Origin: Octopus sinensis
Taxonomy: Eukaryota
Direction: 5' to 3'
NCBI RefSeq assembly: GCF_006345805.1
Contig: NC_042997.1
Location: forward strand, 173,786,001-173,850,000
Length of the DNA: 64,000 nt
Shown here: positions 41,182-53,381 of the stretch, in pieces
Position numbering within the stretch: the stretch's first letter is position 1
Layout: the number at the start of each line of letters is the position of its first letter
Notes under the pieces: generated by a model
The model's database searches: none
Told to the model about the DNA's origin: nothing
The model's input: the letters and a program-made list of their open reading frames with translations, nothing else
Position numbers and translations under genes: made by a program

Positions 41182-41604
41182 GGCGCAGGAGTGGCTGTTT
41201 GGTAAGTAGCTTGCTAACCAACCACATGGTTCCGGGTTCAGTCCCACTGCGTGGCATCTTGGGCAAGTGTCTTCTGCTATAGCCCCGGGCCGACCAATGC
41301 CTTGTGAGTGGATTTGGTAGACGGAAAATGAAAGAAGCCTGTCGTATATATGTATATATATATAAGTGTGTGTGAATATGTTTGTGTGTCTGTGTTTGTC
41401 CCCCTAGCATTGCTTGACAACCGAAGCTGGTGTGTTTACGTCCCCGTAACTTAGCGGTTCGGCAAAAGAGACCGATAGAATAAGTACTGGGCTTACAAAG
41501 AATAAGTCCCGGGGTCGATTTGCTCGACTAAAGGCGGTGCTCCAGCATGGCCGCAGTCAAATGACTGAAACAAGTAAAAAGAGTAAAAAAAGAGTAAAAA
41601 GAGT
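41182..41604 (+). mobile_element. Full-length SINE family A
   Basis: GGCGCAGGAGTGGCTGTTTGGTAAG (A box)...GGGTTCAGTCCC (B box)...GCAGTCAAATGACTGAAACAAGTAAAAAGAGT tail. Confidence 0.9.
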
Positions 41605-41605
41605 A

Positions 41606-41770
41606 TATACGACGGGTTTCTTTCAGTTTCCGTCTATCAAATACATTCACAAGGCTTTCTTCGGACCGAAGCTACAGAAGAAGCTATTTGCCTAAGGTGA
41701 CACGTAGTGATGCTGAACCCGAAACCATGTGGTTGGGATGAAAACGTCTTACTACACAGTCATGCCCGCC
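41606..41770 (-). mobile_element. SINE family A, diverged 5' half
   Basis: Reverse-complement match to the head of 41182. Confidence 0.7.
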
Positions 41771-42419
41771 TGTGCTTCGACACATCCACACCTAACCAAA
41801 AATACATAGAGGATGATCGAGTCCGGAGCGTTTTGGATCAGATGTGTGCACGATGAAGTTTGACCTGGGAGTTAAAGTAAAACAATATCAACCCCTGAAA
41901 AATTGAACAAAATGACAAAATATGAAAGTCCACACGGGCATGAAAATTTTGTTGACTTATCACGTTTTAACCCACACTAAACTTTGCTACCATATGAACG
42001 AACAATCACACTCAAAATGACAATACACGTCTATAAAAACTATATATGTCTACAAAACTCTTGCACGCTTTCTACGTGGCAACATTCAAAGAACTAACAA
42101 ATACTACTTAGTCTACACAAACACAAAATTACAAACTCAAGCATCGCTACAGATTCATGAAATTTAGTTGTATCACGAACACTATTAAAAGAAAAAGAAG
42201 AGTAACTGTTACAACATGATCAAAGACATTTTGTTGGCAAACAACCTGGTTTAGTGTGGGGCTTTATTATTTGGAATAACACCAGGTTCCAGTTTATCCT
42301 TTTTTGTTTCCGATGTTAATAAGATAGTATCATTGACTATAGTATCATTAGATTATACACCACCTCCCAAAATCTGAAACCTTGTACGTATATGTGGCAT
42401 CATTATTTATATTAGATGA

Positions 42420-42590
42420 AGACGACGAACTAGCAGAATCTTTAGTACCCTGAACAAAATGCTCAGCGGCATTTCGTCCGTCTTTACGTTATAAGTTCAA
42501 TTTCCACTGAGGTCGACTTCACCTTTCATCCTTAAGGGACTGATGAAATAAGTACCAGTCAAATATACTAGGGTCGTTGTAATCGACTGG
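42420..42590 (+). mobile_element. SINE family B, diverged
   Basis: Collinear with 11018-11225. Confidence 0.7.
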
Positions 42591-42644
42591 CCCTTCTTCT
42601 TGAACATTTGACGTTGAAAAAAAAGTAAAGTTTTCTTCTCGAAT

Positions 42645-42876
42645 TCATGCCGGCTCATAAGGGCCGGTTTCCCGGTTTCAAGGCGTATATATTCCCCATC
42701 TGGACGCGACGCCAGTCCGCCACAGGATCACTCGTTTTTGCCACTTGTGTGCACTGGAACAACGTGATATGAAGTGTTTTGCTCAAGAACACAACGCGTT
42801 GTCCGGTCCCGAAACCGAAACCACAATGTAACGATCATAAGTCCATCACCGAAACCACTAAGCCACGTGCCTCCAC
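42645..42876 (-). mobile_element. SINE family D-related
   Basis: Homologous to 17215-17396. Confidence 0.7.
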
Positions 42877-42937
42877 TTGCTGGTCTTCTGCCAAAATTTG
42901 AAACCATTATTTATGTTAGAACATCGATGGCAATCTA

Positions 42938-43125
42938 GCAGAATCGTTAGAGTTTCGGATAAAAATTCCTTGCGGCATTTCTACATTCTGAGTTCAAGTC
43001 CCGTCGAGGCTAACTTTATCTTTTATCCCTCCGAGATCGGTAATAAAGTAGAGTATCAACTCAAGCTCTGGGATAGATGGTATCGACTAACACACGAACT
43101 AAAAACTGCTGGTTTTGTGCTCTAA
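42938..43125 (+). mobile_element. SINE family B, diverged
   Basis: Collinear with 11018-11225. Confidence 0.6.
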
Positions 43126-43691
43126 ATAAGAAGTTATTTTTATGCTAGATCACATATTGCTTAGTCTTTATTCTCACATGATATATTTACGATTAACTGG
43201 AGTTAATTTACGAATCTTACAGAAGAGTAAGTCATTCGCGTATTACGTTTGAAAAGATTCTAACAAAACTGGACAACAGCAATAGTTTAGTCTCTGATCG
43301 CATATATTCAAAACTGTCACATACATTTATGAAAAAGAAAATTATCTTCACAGTAAGTCTGAGTAAATCTGCATACAGAATATGGATTATGTCACATGCA
43401 GTGTGGAGATAAGGAATTAATTTTACATTGAAAATCTTAACAGTTAAATTATTCACTTAGAGCTTGTATACATTATCAGATAAGATTTAGTTAGTGTGCT
43501 GATGCTTAGTCGAAAATAATATAATTTGATTAAAGATTATCTAACGCATTACAAGCATCAAGTTGAAATATGAAAATCAACAGAACTACTGATAAGTCAC
43601 TAACCATGTATCGATTGCTTTTTAAAGAAAAGGCTACGATGGCTGAGGAATTACAGAATGAAGATAAAAAGTAGACTTAAAATAGCTAAGG

Positions 43692-43750
<59 letters not shown>

Positions 43751-43768
43751 TAATAATAATAATAATAA

Positions 43769-44236
43769 AAACAGAGCTCAATGCTAAAAACAAGATAATA
43801 GGTATTAACACTTTAGCTGTCCCAGTTATAAAGTTACAGCTACAATATCCTTAACTGGACACGAAATGAACTGACCAAAATAGATAGGAAAACAAGAAAA
43901 ATAATGACAGGATCTAGGATGCATCACCCAAAATCTGACATAGAAAGACTATATATACAACGTATAGAAGGTGGTAGAGGCCTTATACAGCTGGAAAACT
44001 ACTATAAAATAACCACCATAGGACTGCAAAAATATCTACTTCAGAAGGAAGGAAAACTGATACAGATAGCAGCAAAACAAAAAACTGTTCTCAGTATTTA
44101 AGGAAGCTGACAAATACAAACAAGAAATCATACCACCTAATAAATATGAAGAAGAAGAAGAAGAAGAAGAAGAAGAAGAAGAAGAAGAAGAAGAAGAAGA
44201 AGAAGAAGAAGAGAAGAAGAAGAAGAAGAAGAAGAA

Positions 44237-44267
<31 letters not shown>

Positions 44268-45207
44268 ATGATGAAGAAACAACAAAAGCTATAAAACAAA
44301 TGAATCAAACTAAAAATAGAACAGCAACGAACCATGATAAAACGATGGCAAGAAAAGCCCCTTCATGGTAAATACTGGACTAAACAAAACGCAAAAGAAA
44401 TAGACAAAGAAAAATCCCAGCAATGGTTGAGAAGCTCAAGACTCAAAGCAGAGACAGAGGGATTTTTAATTGCAGCACAAGACCAAAGCCTCCCCACCAG
44501 AAATTACCAAAAACATGTAATGAAAAGAAATATAACAAGTAACTGCAGAATATGTGGAGATGGACAAGAAACAATAAATCATATTATCTCTAGCTGCCCA
44601 GTCCTGGCTAAGAAGGAATATATTCACAGACATGACAGAGTTGGAACCTACATACGTTGGAAGCTATGCCAACATTATAGAATAACAACAGAAAAAAGAT
44701 GGTATAGGCACACACCAGAAAACGTCACAGAAAACGAAAAAGCAACCATACTCTGGGATATGCCGATACACACAGATAGAGAAATTAAGGCCAACAGACC
44801 AGATATAGTTGTCAGAGATCATGAAGAAAAAAAGTGCTTTCTAATTGATGTATCAATACCGGCAGATGACAACGTGTCTCTAAAAGAAATGGAGAAACTC
44901 TCAAAATACAAAGACCTAGAAATAGAGGTAACCAGAATGTGGAATCTAAAAACAGAAACAATTCCTATCATAGTAGGTGCATTAGGCATGATAAAAAAAT
45001 ATTCAGACAAATACATAACAAAAACACCAGGACTTACAAACACATATAACATACAGAAAATTGCACTACTAGGCACTGCACACATCCTACGCAGAACAAT
45101 TTCCATACAATAACCATCAGAGCATCACAACAAATCACAGCACATACCCAAGGCACATAGAGCTGCGCTCGGTAGTGAAGTGAAAGCACGCTATAAAAAT
45201 AAAACTA

Positions 45208-45210
<3 letters not shown>
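43769..45210 (+). mobile_element. 5'-truncated R4/Dong-like non-LTR retrotransposon in a (TAA)n tract
   Basis: MHHPKSDIERLYIQRIEGGRGL; ORF 44334-45113 has CRICGDGQETINHIISSC, RHD and RPDIVV..LIDVS..EKLSKY (REL endonuclease); (TAA)n on both flanks. Confidence 0.9.
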
Positions 45211-45279
<69 letters not shown>

Positions 45280-45480
45280 TAAGGCCCAAATGAAAAGGGA
45301 CTTTACTGATATATTACTGGGCTTAGAAGATTCTTCGAAGAGAAATTGTTAATGTCTAGTTGCTGGAAGTATCTTTTCATATAATAGCAGAAGAACATTT
45401 AATACGTTTAGAGCATATATTTGTAAGAATGTAGTTGATGACACCCAGGAATCTATGTGAGAATGCATACATAAATTATA

Positions 45481-45990
45481 TGAAGCTATACATTAGCGTC
45501 GTATTTATTACGTTCGCTATTTTCCAGTAAATATCGATACTTCGTTGTATTATTTATGTACTTTTATGTATAATTTACCTTCACGGGCTATTCTTTACTG
45601 GAAAGCAATACTCTAGTATTGCATTACTATTTTCATTGAAACTTCTTCACTGTTCTCGCTCTGTTAACGCTTTGGCGTTCAGACAAGTGTACTGCATAGA
45701 TGGCAACATTTGAAATGTTGTTGAGGTATATGTGGCTGATGAAGATAAATCAATTATACGATTGGCATTCGTATTTTGAAAAATCCGAAACCGGTACTGC
45801 ATTATCCTTATCTAGGTTTTTCATTTTTCAGATGTTCTTCCTAGAGGTAAGACAATTTTTCATGTTTGTTGCACACACGCATCTTTACTAGTACATACGC
45901 AGTGAAGCTATACATTAGCGTCGTATTTATTACGTTCGCTATTTTCCAGTAAATATCGATACTTCATTGTATCATTTATTTACTTTTATA
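45481..45990 (+). mobile_element. ~422-bp-period direct repeat (1.2 units) enclosing a hammerhead motif; retrozyme/PLE-like
   Basis: TGAAGCTATACATTAGCGTCG at 45481 and 45903. Confidence 0.7.
45730..45802 (+). ncRNA. Type I hammerhead motif, very short stem III
   Basis: ATGTGG-CTGATGA-AGAT..ATCC-GAAA-C-CG-G-TA/CTGCAT; stem I 6 bp with two GU pairs; palindrome ACCGGT. Confidence 0.65.
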
Positions 45991-46122
45991 TAAATTATAT
46001 TATATATATATAACGTATAATATATATACATATATGCATATATATATGAATTATATATATAAACATATGTATACACCAATATTTACATATACACATACAT
46101 GCACACGCACGCACGCGCACGC

Positions 46123-46198
<76 letters not shown>

Positions 46199-46401
46199 CG
46201 CGCACACACAGCCACACATGTTTTCGTACCAATGAAACTCAGATTTCGAAAGCCTCAGTAGTTGATTTGGTATGATGGTTAAAACTGCTGTCATGCTTAC
46301 AGAAGATGTTGGTTTCGAGTAGTCGAATATTCTGTTATTATTTATAGCTTTATCTGTCCCGTCGTGTTCCATCGCTAAAAAAAAAAGATTTTCTTTATAT
46401 A

Positions 46402-46438
46402 GGCGCAGTAGTGGCTGTGTGGTAAGTAGCTTGCTTAC
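46402..46438 (+). mobile_element. SINE family A head, interrupted
   Basis: GGCGCAGTAGTGGCTGTGTGGTAAGTAGCTTGCTTAC then unrelated sequence. Confidence 0.8.
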
Positions 46439-47010
46439 GCATGCGCGTTTGTTAGTTGCTTATTGGAATGAACACTGTCAAGACTTGCGTTGGTGGCCGT
46501 CTTGAATCGAAGAACTGTTGAAGAGGCACGACTGCAAGGTAGGCGCTTGTTTTTTTAAGGGACTTAGTAGGGAATTTGCTGTATGACATTGTTTTTCCTG
46601 TTTTCATATAAGAAATCCCCACTGGGTCTCGAACATTTGTCTGCTGCAGTCGCGCTGAGTAACTCACTTAGCGGTGAGAATTGTTTTGTTTTGGTGGGCG
46701 TGTCTCGATACCAAAATTTGAAAAGTTTATAAAAATTCGACCCATTCGTAGAGGAATTTTTTTCCTGCTACGGTGAACTGGACTACCTGTATGAAGCAAT
46801 ATTCTGGAGGATTACCTGTGGAATATTTGTGGATTACCTGTGGACCCGGATTACCTAAGTGGGGAAATTGTGTTGCTGGGATGGAACTGTCTTCCTTCGT
46901 TCTTTTCTCTGCTCTGTCTTTCTGCTGTTTCCTTGTGTTTCTTTGGGCTTTCATTTGAATATTCTGAACTTTTTTTTAACATTTTCCTCTGTTTTTTTTT
47001 TTTGCAAAGC

Positions 47011-48115
47011 ATGGCAAAAAATAAAAACACTGTCTTGGAGTGGGAAGTTGTGTCCCCCAAGCAGTGGGTAAAGGACCATAATGAGAGAATGGTGGTGTTG
47101 AGGACATATTCTAAGTCCCTCGACACCATCACTGTGTTCTCTCAAGTAGATATTGAGAAGAAGTTGGCAGAACACCTGCCAACCATCAAGTTTATTGCAA
47201 GGGGTGTCAAATATGCAACATTGTGGTTGCTATTTGATACCCCTGAGGAGGCTCGCATTTTTGCGTGCCAGCCCCTGGAAGAGGAGAAAATCCTGTTTCT
47301 ACCCACATATCGTGGGAGGAAATTGACAAAATCTTGGGTGTGTGGGCTGCCACTCAAAATAGAACTCGAGTGGATAGAGGACACTATCCGCCGGGGTCTG
47401 GGTGGCAGCGAAGCCAAGCTCTTGAATATTAAAATGATACCAGCGGCTGATTGGGTGGGATCAAACGCAGTTTTGACCCTGTGGACTCAATCAGCCGATA
47501 ATCTGGTGTTCCCAGATTTTTTGAGGATGACCGGGTCCAAGTATCCTGTGATTCTTAAGGGACGCCTCCTCCAAGTGTCATCAGTGCCTGGAGCCTGGCC
47601 ACATTAAGAAGAACTGTCCCAAGGACCAGAACAGGGTCCTAGAGCAGTTAGTTGTGGAAGAACCCCCTTCCCCTCCTCCTCCGAAAAGAGAGATGGAGGA
47701 GGAGAGAGTGACCTCTCCCGAAAAAAGGGGGAGAAAAAGAAAGAAGGGGAGCAACAATGGTTGCTCTCTGAGGGATCCCGGGATTGCGGGAGGAAGCGAG
47801 GTTCCTGCGGTTATGGCAATGGAGCCATCCACTCCCTCACCAAAGATAAAAAGGAAAAGAGAAAAAGAACCGGACAGTGCTGGAGGTATGCAGTGTACTG
47901 CTGGAATGTCCCTAGCCCTCTTCGGTGGGAATCGTGTCACCGACAGAGGAAGCTGTAACTTCGTTGGTTGTGCCACCGGCAGAGGAAGAGACACCGTTGG
48001 CGGGAATTGCGCTGCCAGCGGTAGAATTGAATACCTCGACCCCGGAGGAAAACAAATTATTGCTCTTCTTCTACAGAGGTGGAGAGGTAGAAAAGGTGGT
48101 GGAAAATCACTATAA
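47011..48115 (+). pseudogene. Tx1/L1-like ORF1 with CCHC zinc knuckle, one frameshift near 47567; ORF2 absent
   Basis: MAKNKNTVLEW...PVILKGR, then +1 frame KCHQCLEPGHIKKNCP (47576-47617, CX2CX4HX4C) in frame with the 47654-48115 ORF; 5' leader about 46439-47010. Confidence 0.7.
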
Positions 48116-48196
48116 GGGAATACCTTTAACTTTCACACGGGAACCCGAATGGCCTCTGCAGATTGCTTGACAACCGATGCTGGTGTGCAATACTTT

Positions 48197-48420
48197 AGGT
48201 GCAGGCGTGGCTGTATGGTAAGTAGCTTGCTTCCCAGCCACATGGCTCCATGTATAATCCCACTGCGTGGCACCTTGGGCAAATGTCTTCATCTATAATC
48301 TCAGGCCGACCAAAGCCATGTGAGTGGATTTGGTAGGCAGAAACCGAGGGAACACAGTCGTATATAATATATATGTATGTATCTGTGTGTGTTTATTCCC
48401 TTACCATCGCTTGACAACCT
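48197..48420 (+). mobile_element. SINE family A, 5' two-thirds
   Basis: Collinear with 41182. Confidence 0.8.
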
Positions 48421-48431
48421 ATATTGGTGAG

Positions 48432-48855
48432 TTTTGGGGGAGGGGGCCAGTCGATTAGATCCACCCCAGTACGCAGCTGGTACTTAATTTACCGACCCCG
48501 AAAGGATGAAAGGTAACGTCGACCTCGGCGGAATTTGAACTCAGAACGTAGCGGCAGACGAAATACATATTTCTTTACTACCCACAAGGGGCTAAACACA
48601 GAGGGGACAAACAAAGACAGACAAACGGATTAAGTTGATTATTACCATCGCTTGACAACCTATATTAGTGAGTTTTGGGGGAGGGGGCCAGTCGATTAGA
48701 TCCACCCCAGTGCGTAACTGGTACTTAATTTATCGACCCCCAAAGGATGAAAGGCAAAGTCGACTTCGGCGGAATTTGAACTCAGAACGTAACGGCAGAC
48801 GAAATACGGCTACGTATTTCGCCCGGCGTGCAAACGTTTATGCCAACTCGCCGCT
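48432..48855 (-). mobile_element. Dimeric SINE family B
   Basis: Collinear with 27648-28040. Confidence 0.85.
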
Positions 48856-50139
48856 TTACTGCTGTTGTAGAGGATATTCTTTTCTACTCTAGGCAGAAGA
48901 TCCAAAATTTGGGGGAAGAGGACCAATCGTTTCTGCCAGTTCGCCGCCTTGCTGTTAGTGTTGATGATATTGTAACATCAACGTTACAATGATAACGAAA
49001 TAAATATTGTGTCCTTAAAAAGATACTTTATGTTATTAGAGATATTCCGAAAGCACTTAAGAGATTTATCAATACTTCGGAATCAATGTACTTAACAGTT
49101 TTACATTTTTAAAAAAGCAGAAAGAAAATCCATAAATATAGTTTTCGGAATGAAAATTACAGACGCAATATAATTGTGCTAAACTGAAATATATAAATAA
49201 ATAAAGTTTGCAAAATTGCTATAACAAACTAAATTAATTGGCATAAATATCGTTGCCGCCTAAATAATTGTTTGTAAAAAAGAAGAAAAGGGCTTGAAAT
49301 TTCGATGAGAGACTAGTCATTTAAATCGATTTCAGTGCATAACTAGAACAATTTCATGAACTTGAGCAAGACGAAAGGCAAAAATGTATCGCGGCAAGAT
49401 TGAACACACATTGTAAAGGACCAGAAAAATTAGAAAGGATTTTTTTACGATGCTCTAATTTTTGTATGATGCTATATTAACACCTAAAAGCTTTGTCGTC
49501 AACAAAATTATTGACTTAGTAAAACAATATAGGAGGCTAGAAAGAAAACAAATGAAAGTAACTTACAAACAATTCAGCATATAAAAGGTGATCAGAAACA
49601 TAGTATTTGTATTTTATACTACGGAAAAAGGTATCATTGCATATCGTTCTCAAATATAAAATGATGTGCTATCTAATAATAACAAATAGCTACAATCATT
49701 GAAAACCAAGTGTCATTGACATGGAGACAGCCTAGCGCATTTGAAACTCATACTAAGAAAAAATACTGCATGCACTCTATCGATAGAGTTCATATATGCA
49801 TACACTCTATCGATTGTGCATGCATATATGTATATTGATGCATGCATACATGTATGCATGTATGTATATATATACAAATTATATGCGTTAATATTATTAT
49901 TTTTTGCAATTTACTTAATCATTGACATTTTATTGTTATTTTAAATGTTAATATTTCTATTATATGTAATTTTCTAGATGGTGTAATTTAATGGTTCATT
50001 TTGAATTGATAAAAAGTGTTTTTTTTTTCTAATTTTTTATATAAATTATATTGTGTGAAATTTGATTTAGTATATCTAAATTGAATTTTTTTCCTTGTAA
50101 GTTTTGGATTTTATTCCCTCAAATAATAATAATTTTATA

Positions 50140-50890
50140 TATGTATGTATATATGCAAGGGTGCTTGTATGTATGTTATGTTTGTATGCGTGTGTCTAGG
50201 TATGTATGTATGTGTGCATACATGCATGCATGTATGTATGTATATATGTATGTGTGCATACATGCATGCATGTATGTATGTATGTATGTACGTATGCATA
50301 CATGCAAGCATGTATGTATGTATGTATGTGTGCATACATGCATGTATGTATGTATGTGTGCATACACGCATGCATGTATGTATGTATGTATATATGTATG
50401 TATGTATGTATGTATATGTATGTATGTATGTATGTATGCTATTATGGATAGCTGAGCCCCAGAAACCGCTGTTGGACTTATAACACCTTTCTACCATTAT
50501 TTTAATTTTCTCTGTTGTTTATACTCTGTGTAAGTTGGACCTATTGATATAAATGTCTATATACTTATACTTTAAGATTCATCATGTATATGAGTTGTTT
50601 ATCGCCATAATTGTTTCTATGTATCTGTGTGTATGTATGTATGCATGTATGTATGTATGTACGTATGTTTGTATGTATGTATGTATGTATGTATGTATGT
50701 ATGTATGTATGTATGTGTCTATGTATGTATGTATGTATGTATGCTCTCTTCTGTTTATATGCTCTCTTCTATTTATATATGTATGTATGTATGTTTGTAT
50801 GTATGTATGTATGTATGTATGTATGTATGTATGTATGTATGTATGTGTCTATGTATGTATGTATGTATGTATGTATGTATGTATGTATGC
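50140..50890. repeat. (TATG)n/(TGCA)-variant microsatellites
   Basis: Visible repeats. Confidence 0.9.
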
Positions 50891-51000
50891 TCTCTTCTGT
50901 TTATATTTATCTAAATCCTTCCCCTGTGAAAGAGCTGGTTTCTAACACAGATACAAAGCTACGTCATTGGAATGTAGATAACAAAAACACTGTGCCATTT

Positions 51001-51195
51001 TAAACTTGAGCAAAGTCTTGCATACTTTTATTGTTCAACTTACAGGTTATATTTGTAATGATGAGTTGGTTGCTTTCTTTTTCTGAAAGCTTGTGCTTAC
51101 CCAGATTGTCATTGAGGCCTTTACTCACAAAACTAAGTGCACCAGTTATCATTGGTATAAATGTAAGTTTATAATATGCATATAGAAGCTTGAGG
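51001..51195 (-). mobile_element. REL-type non-LTR C-terminal fragment
   Basis: YKLTFIPMITGALSFVSKGL...CKTLLKF resembles the P(I/V)xIGALG..KIxK end of R4-like ORFs. Confidence 0.5.
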
Positions 51196-51436
51196 TTGAA
51201 CATGTTGTTCATTTCTCTGAGAATCTGTTGCTTTACCTACCTTCAGTTTTATAAGGTTCTCGCTCACCTGGCACGTTTGTGTTTATACATTTATACATGT
51301 TCATATATATATATACACACGGACACATACGCATGTGTGTGTGTGTGTGAGTATACACATATTTATAAACAAACTTAGATACTTATACACACCTATACAC
51401 GTATATTGATAGTTATGCAGACTGATAGATATATTT

Positions 51437-51507
<71 letters not shown>

Positions 51508-51676
51508 CTCTCTATTTTTTATATATTACATGTATATAAATATACATATGTATATATATATATATTATATATATATATATATATGTATGTATATCTATAT
51601 ATTTACGTATACACATACATAACTATACACATGTATGTAGACATATTGATTGATAGCTATATTTCTCTATTTATCT

Positions 51677-51722
<46 letters not shown>

Positions 51723-52258
51723 TGTATATTAAATGTATATACTTTTGTATTTATTTGGCTCTATATATATTTATGTGTGTATGTATGTGTGTGAGTGTGT
51801 GTATGTGTATGTGTGCATATTGAAATAATGGCTCTTGCACACATATACATACATATATGTAGTGTCCTCTTTCACCTAAAATTCTAAGTGAAGAAAACAA
51901 GACTAGTCTTGTAGGAGTCATTATTTTTTTATTGATACGTGTATCCACTCCACTCTGTGCTTTGAATTTATGGAAAAACACACACAGACCTATAATCTTA
52001 CATAGACACAGACTTATAATCATACACATCGCACACACATATACGCACGCATATGCACAGATGATTTTTCTTTTAGAAGCAACTTATGTAAATTGTTTCA
52101 AAAAGAAAAGTTGTTTTCCAACAATTACATCTCGTTTCTAGTAAAGAGGCTGTTGCATTTTTTATTGATTTATTTTTTGTTTATATTTCTATTCGCATTA
52201 TTTCTTTGTAATTGAAGCAAAAGGAAAAAACAAGAGACGCATAGCAATATCATTATTA

Positions 52259-52303
<45 letters not shown>

Positions 52304-52319
52304 CATCATCATCATCATC

Positions 52320-52366
<47 letters not shown>

Positions 52367-53069
52367 TAATAATAATAATAATATATAAACATGTTTCTTA
52401 CGACAACGCTGGCACTAAATTTTGTAGTTTTTCAAATGTATTTTAAAAAACGGGAAATGCAGATTAAAATTTAAGACTGTCAACATAAAATATTTCCAAC
52501 ATTTATCAACAACTTAAAAAGCAAGTTTTATAATTGGTATTTTTTTTACTTGTATAACCTTACAAAATACCATTGTTTATAAAATAGTATGAAAAAAAAA
52601 AAAAACAAAAAAAAAAAACTGACAAAAATTGAATAAGGAAAATAAAACAAACAAAAAGAAAACAAAGGGAAGAAATATACCATAGATGTTTGCAGGAAAG
52701 AAATTTGCTTTTCGCAAGACATTAGAATGAAAAATATATGAGAATTTTGAAAACAAATGTTCATACCACGTGAAAAAAAATTTTTTAAACAGAAAACAGT
52801 AACAAAAATAAATGAAAAAAAAAATCATTTACTAGTAGCAATAAAAGAATTCAGAAGATATATTGGGAGCAAGAATACAGGTATGTGAAAATTATTTCAA
52901 GAGAAGATACGATATAAAATAAATGGAGAGCCATTAACGAAATAAAAAAAAAACATATATACCAAAATATATAAATGACAAAATGAATGTAAAATGCTAA
53001 TATTGATAGTAACATTATTAAGAAAAAAACAAAGAAGTTTATAAGAAAATTCAAACTAACATAATAATG

Positions 53070-53117
<48 letters not shown>

Positions 53118-53381
53118 TAATAATAATAAAAATAATAATAATGATAATAATATTTCTTTCAAATACAGACACAAAGTCAGTAATTTTAAGTGGGTTAAAT
53201 CGTTACTATCAACCGTTACTGTACTTGATTGGCAAGTTATTTTATCGATATCATGAGGATGAAGGCAAATTTGACCTCGGCCGGGTTTGAACTCAGAATG
53301 TAAAAGAACCGGAATTAGCATCGCATAACATTTTGTCCCATGCTTCTATAATTTTGTAAATCCAAAGCCAGTTACAGTAAT

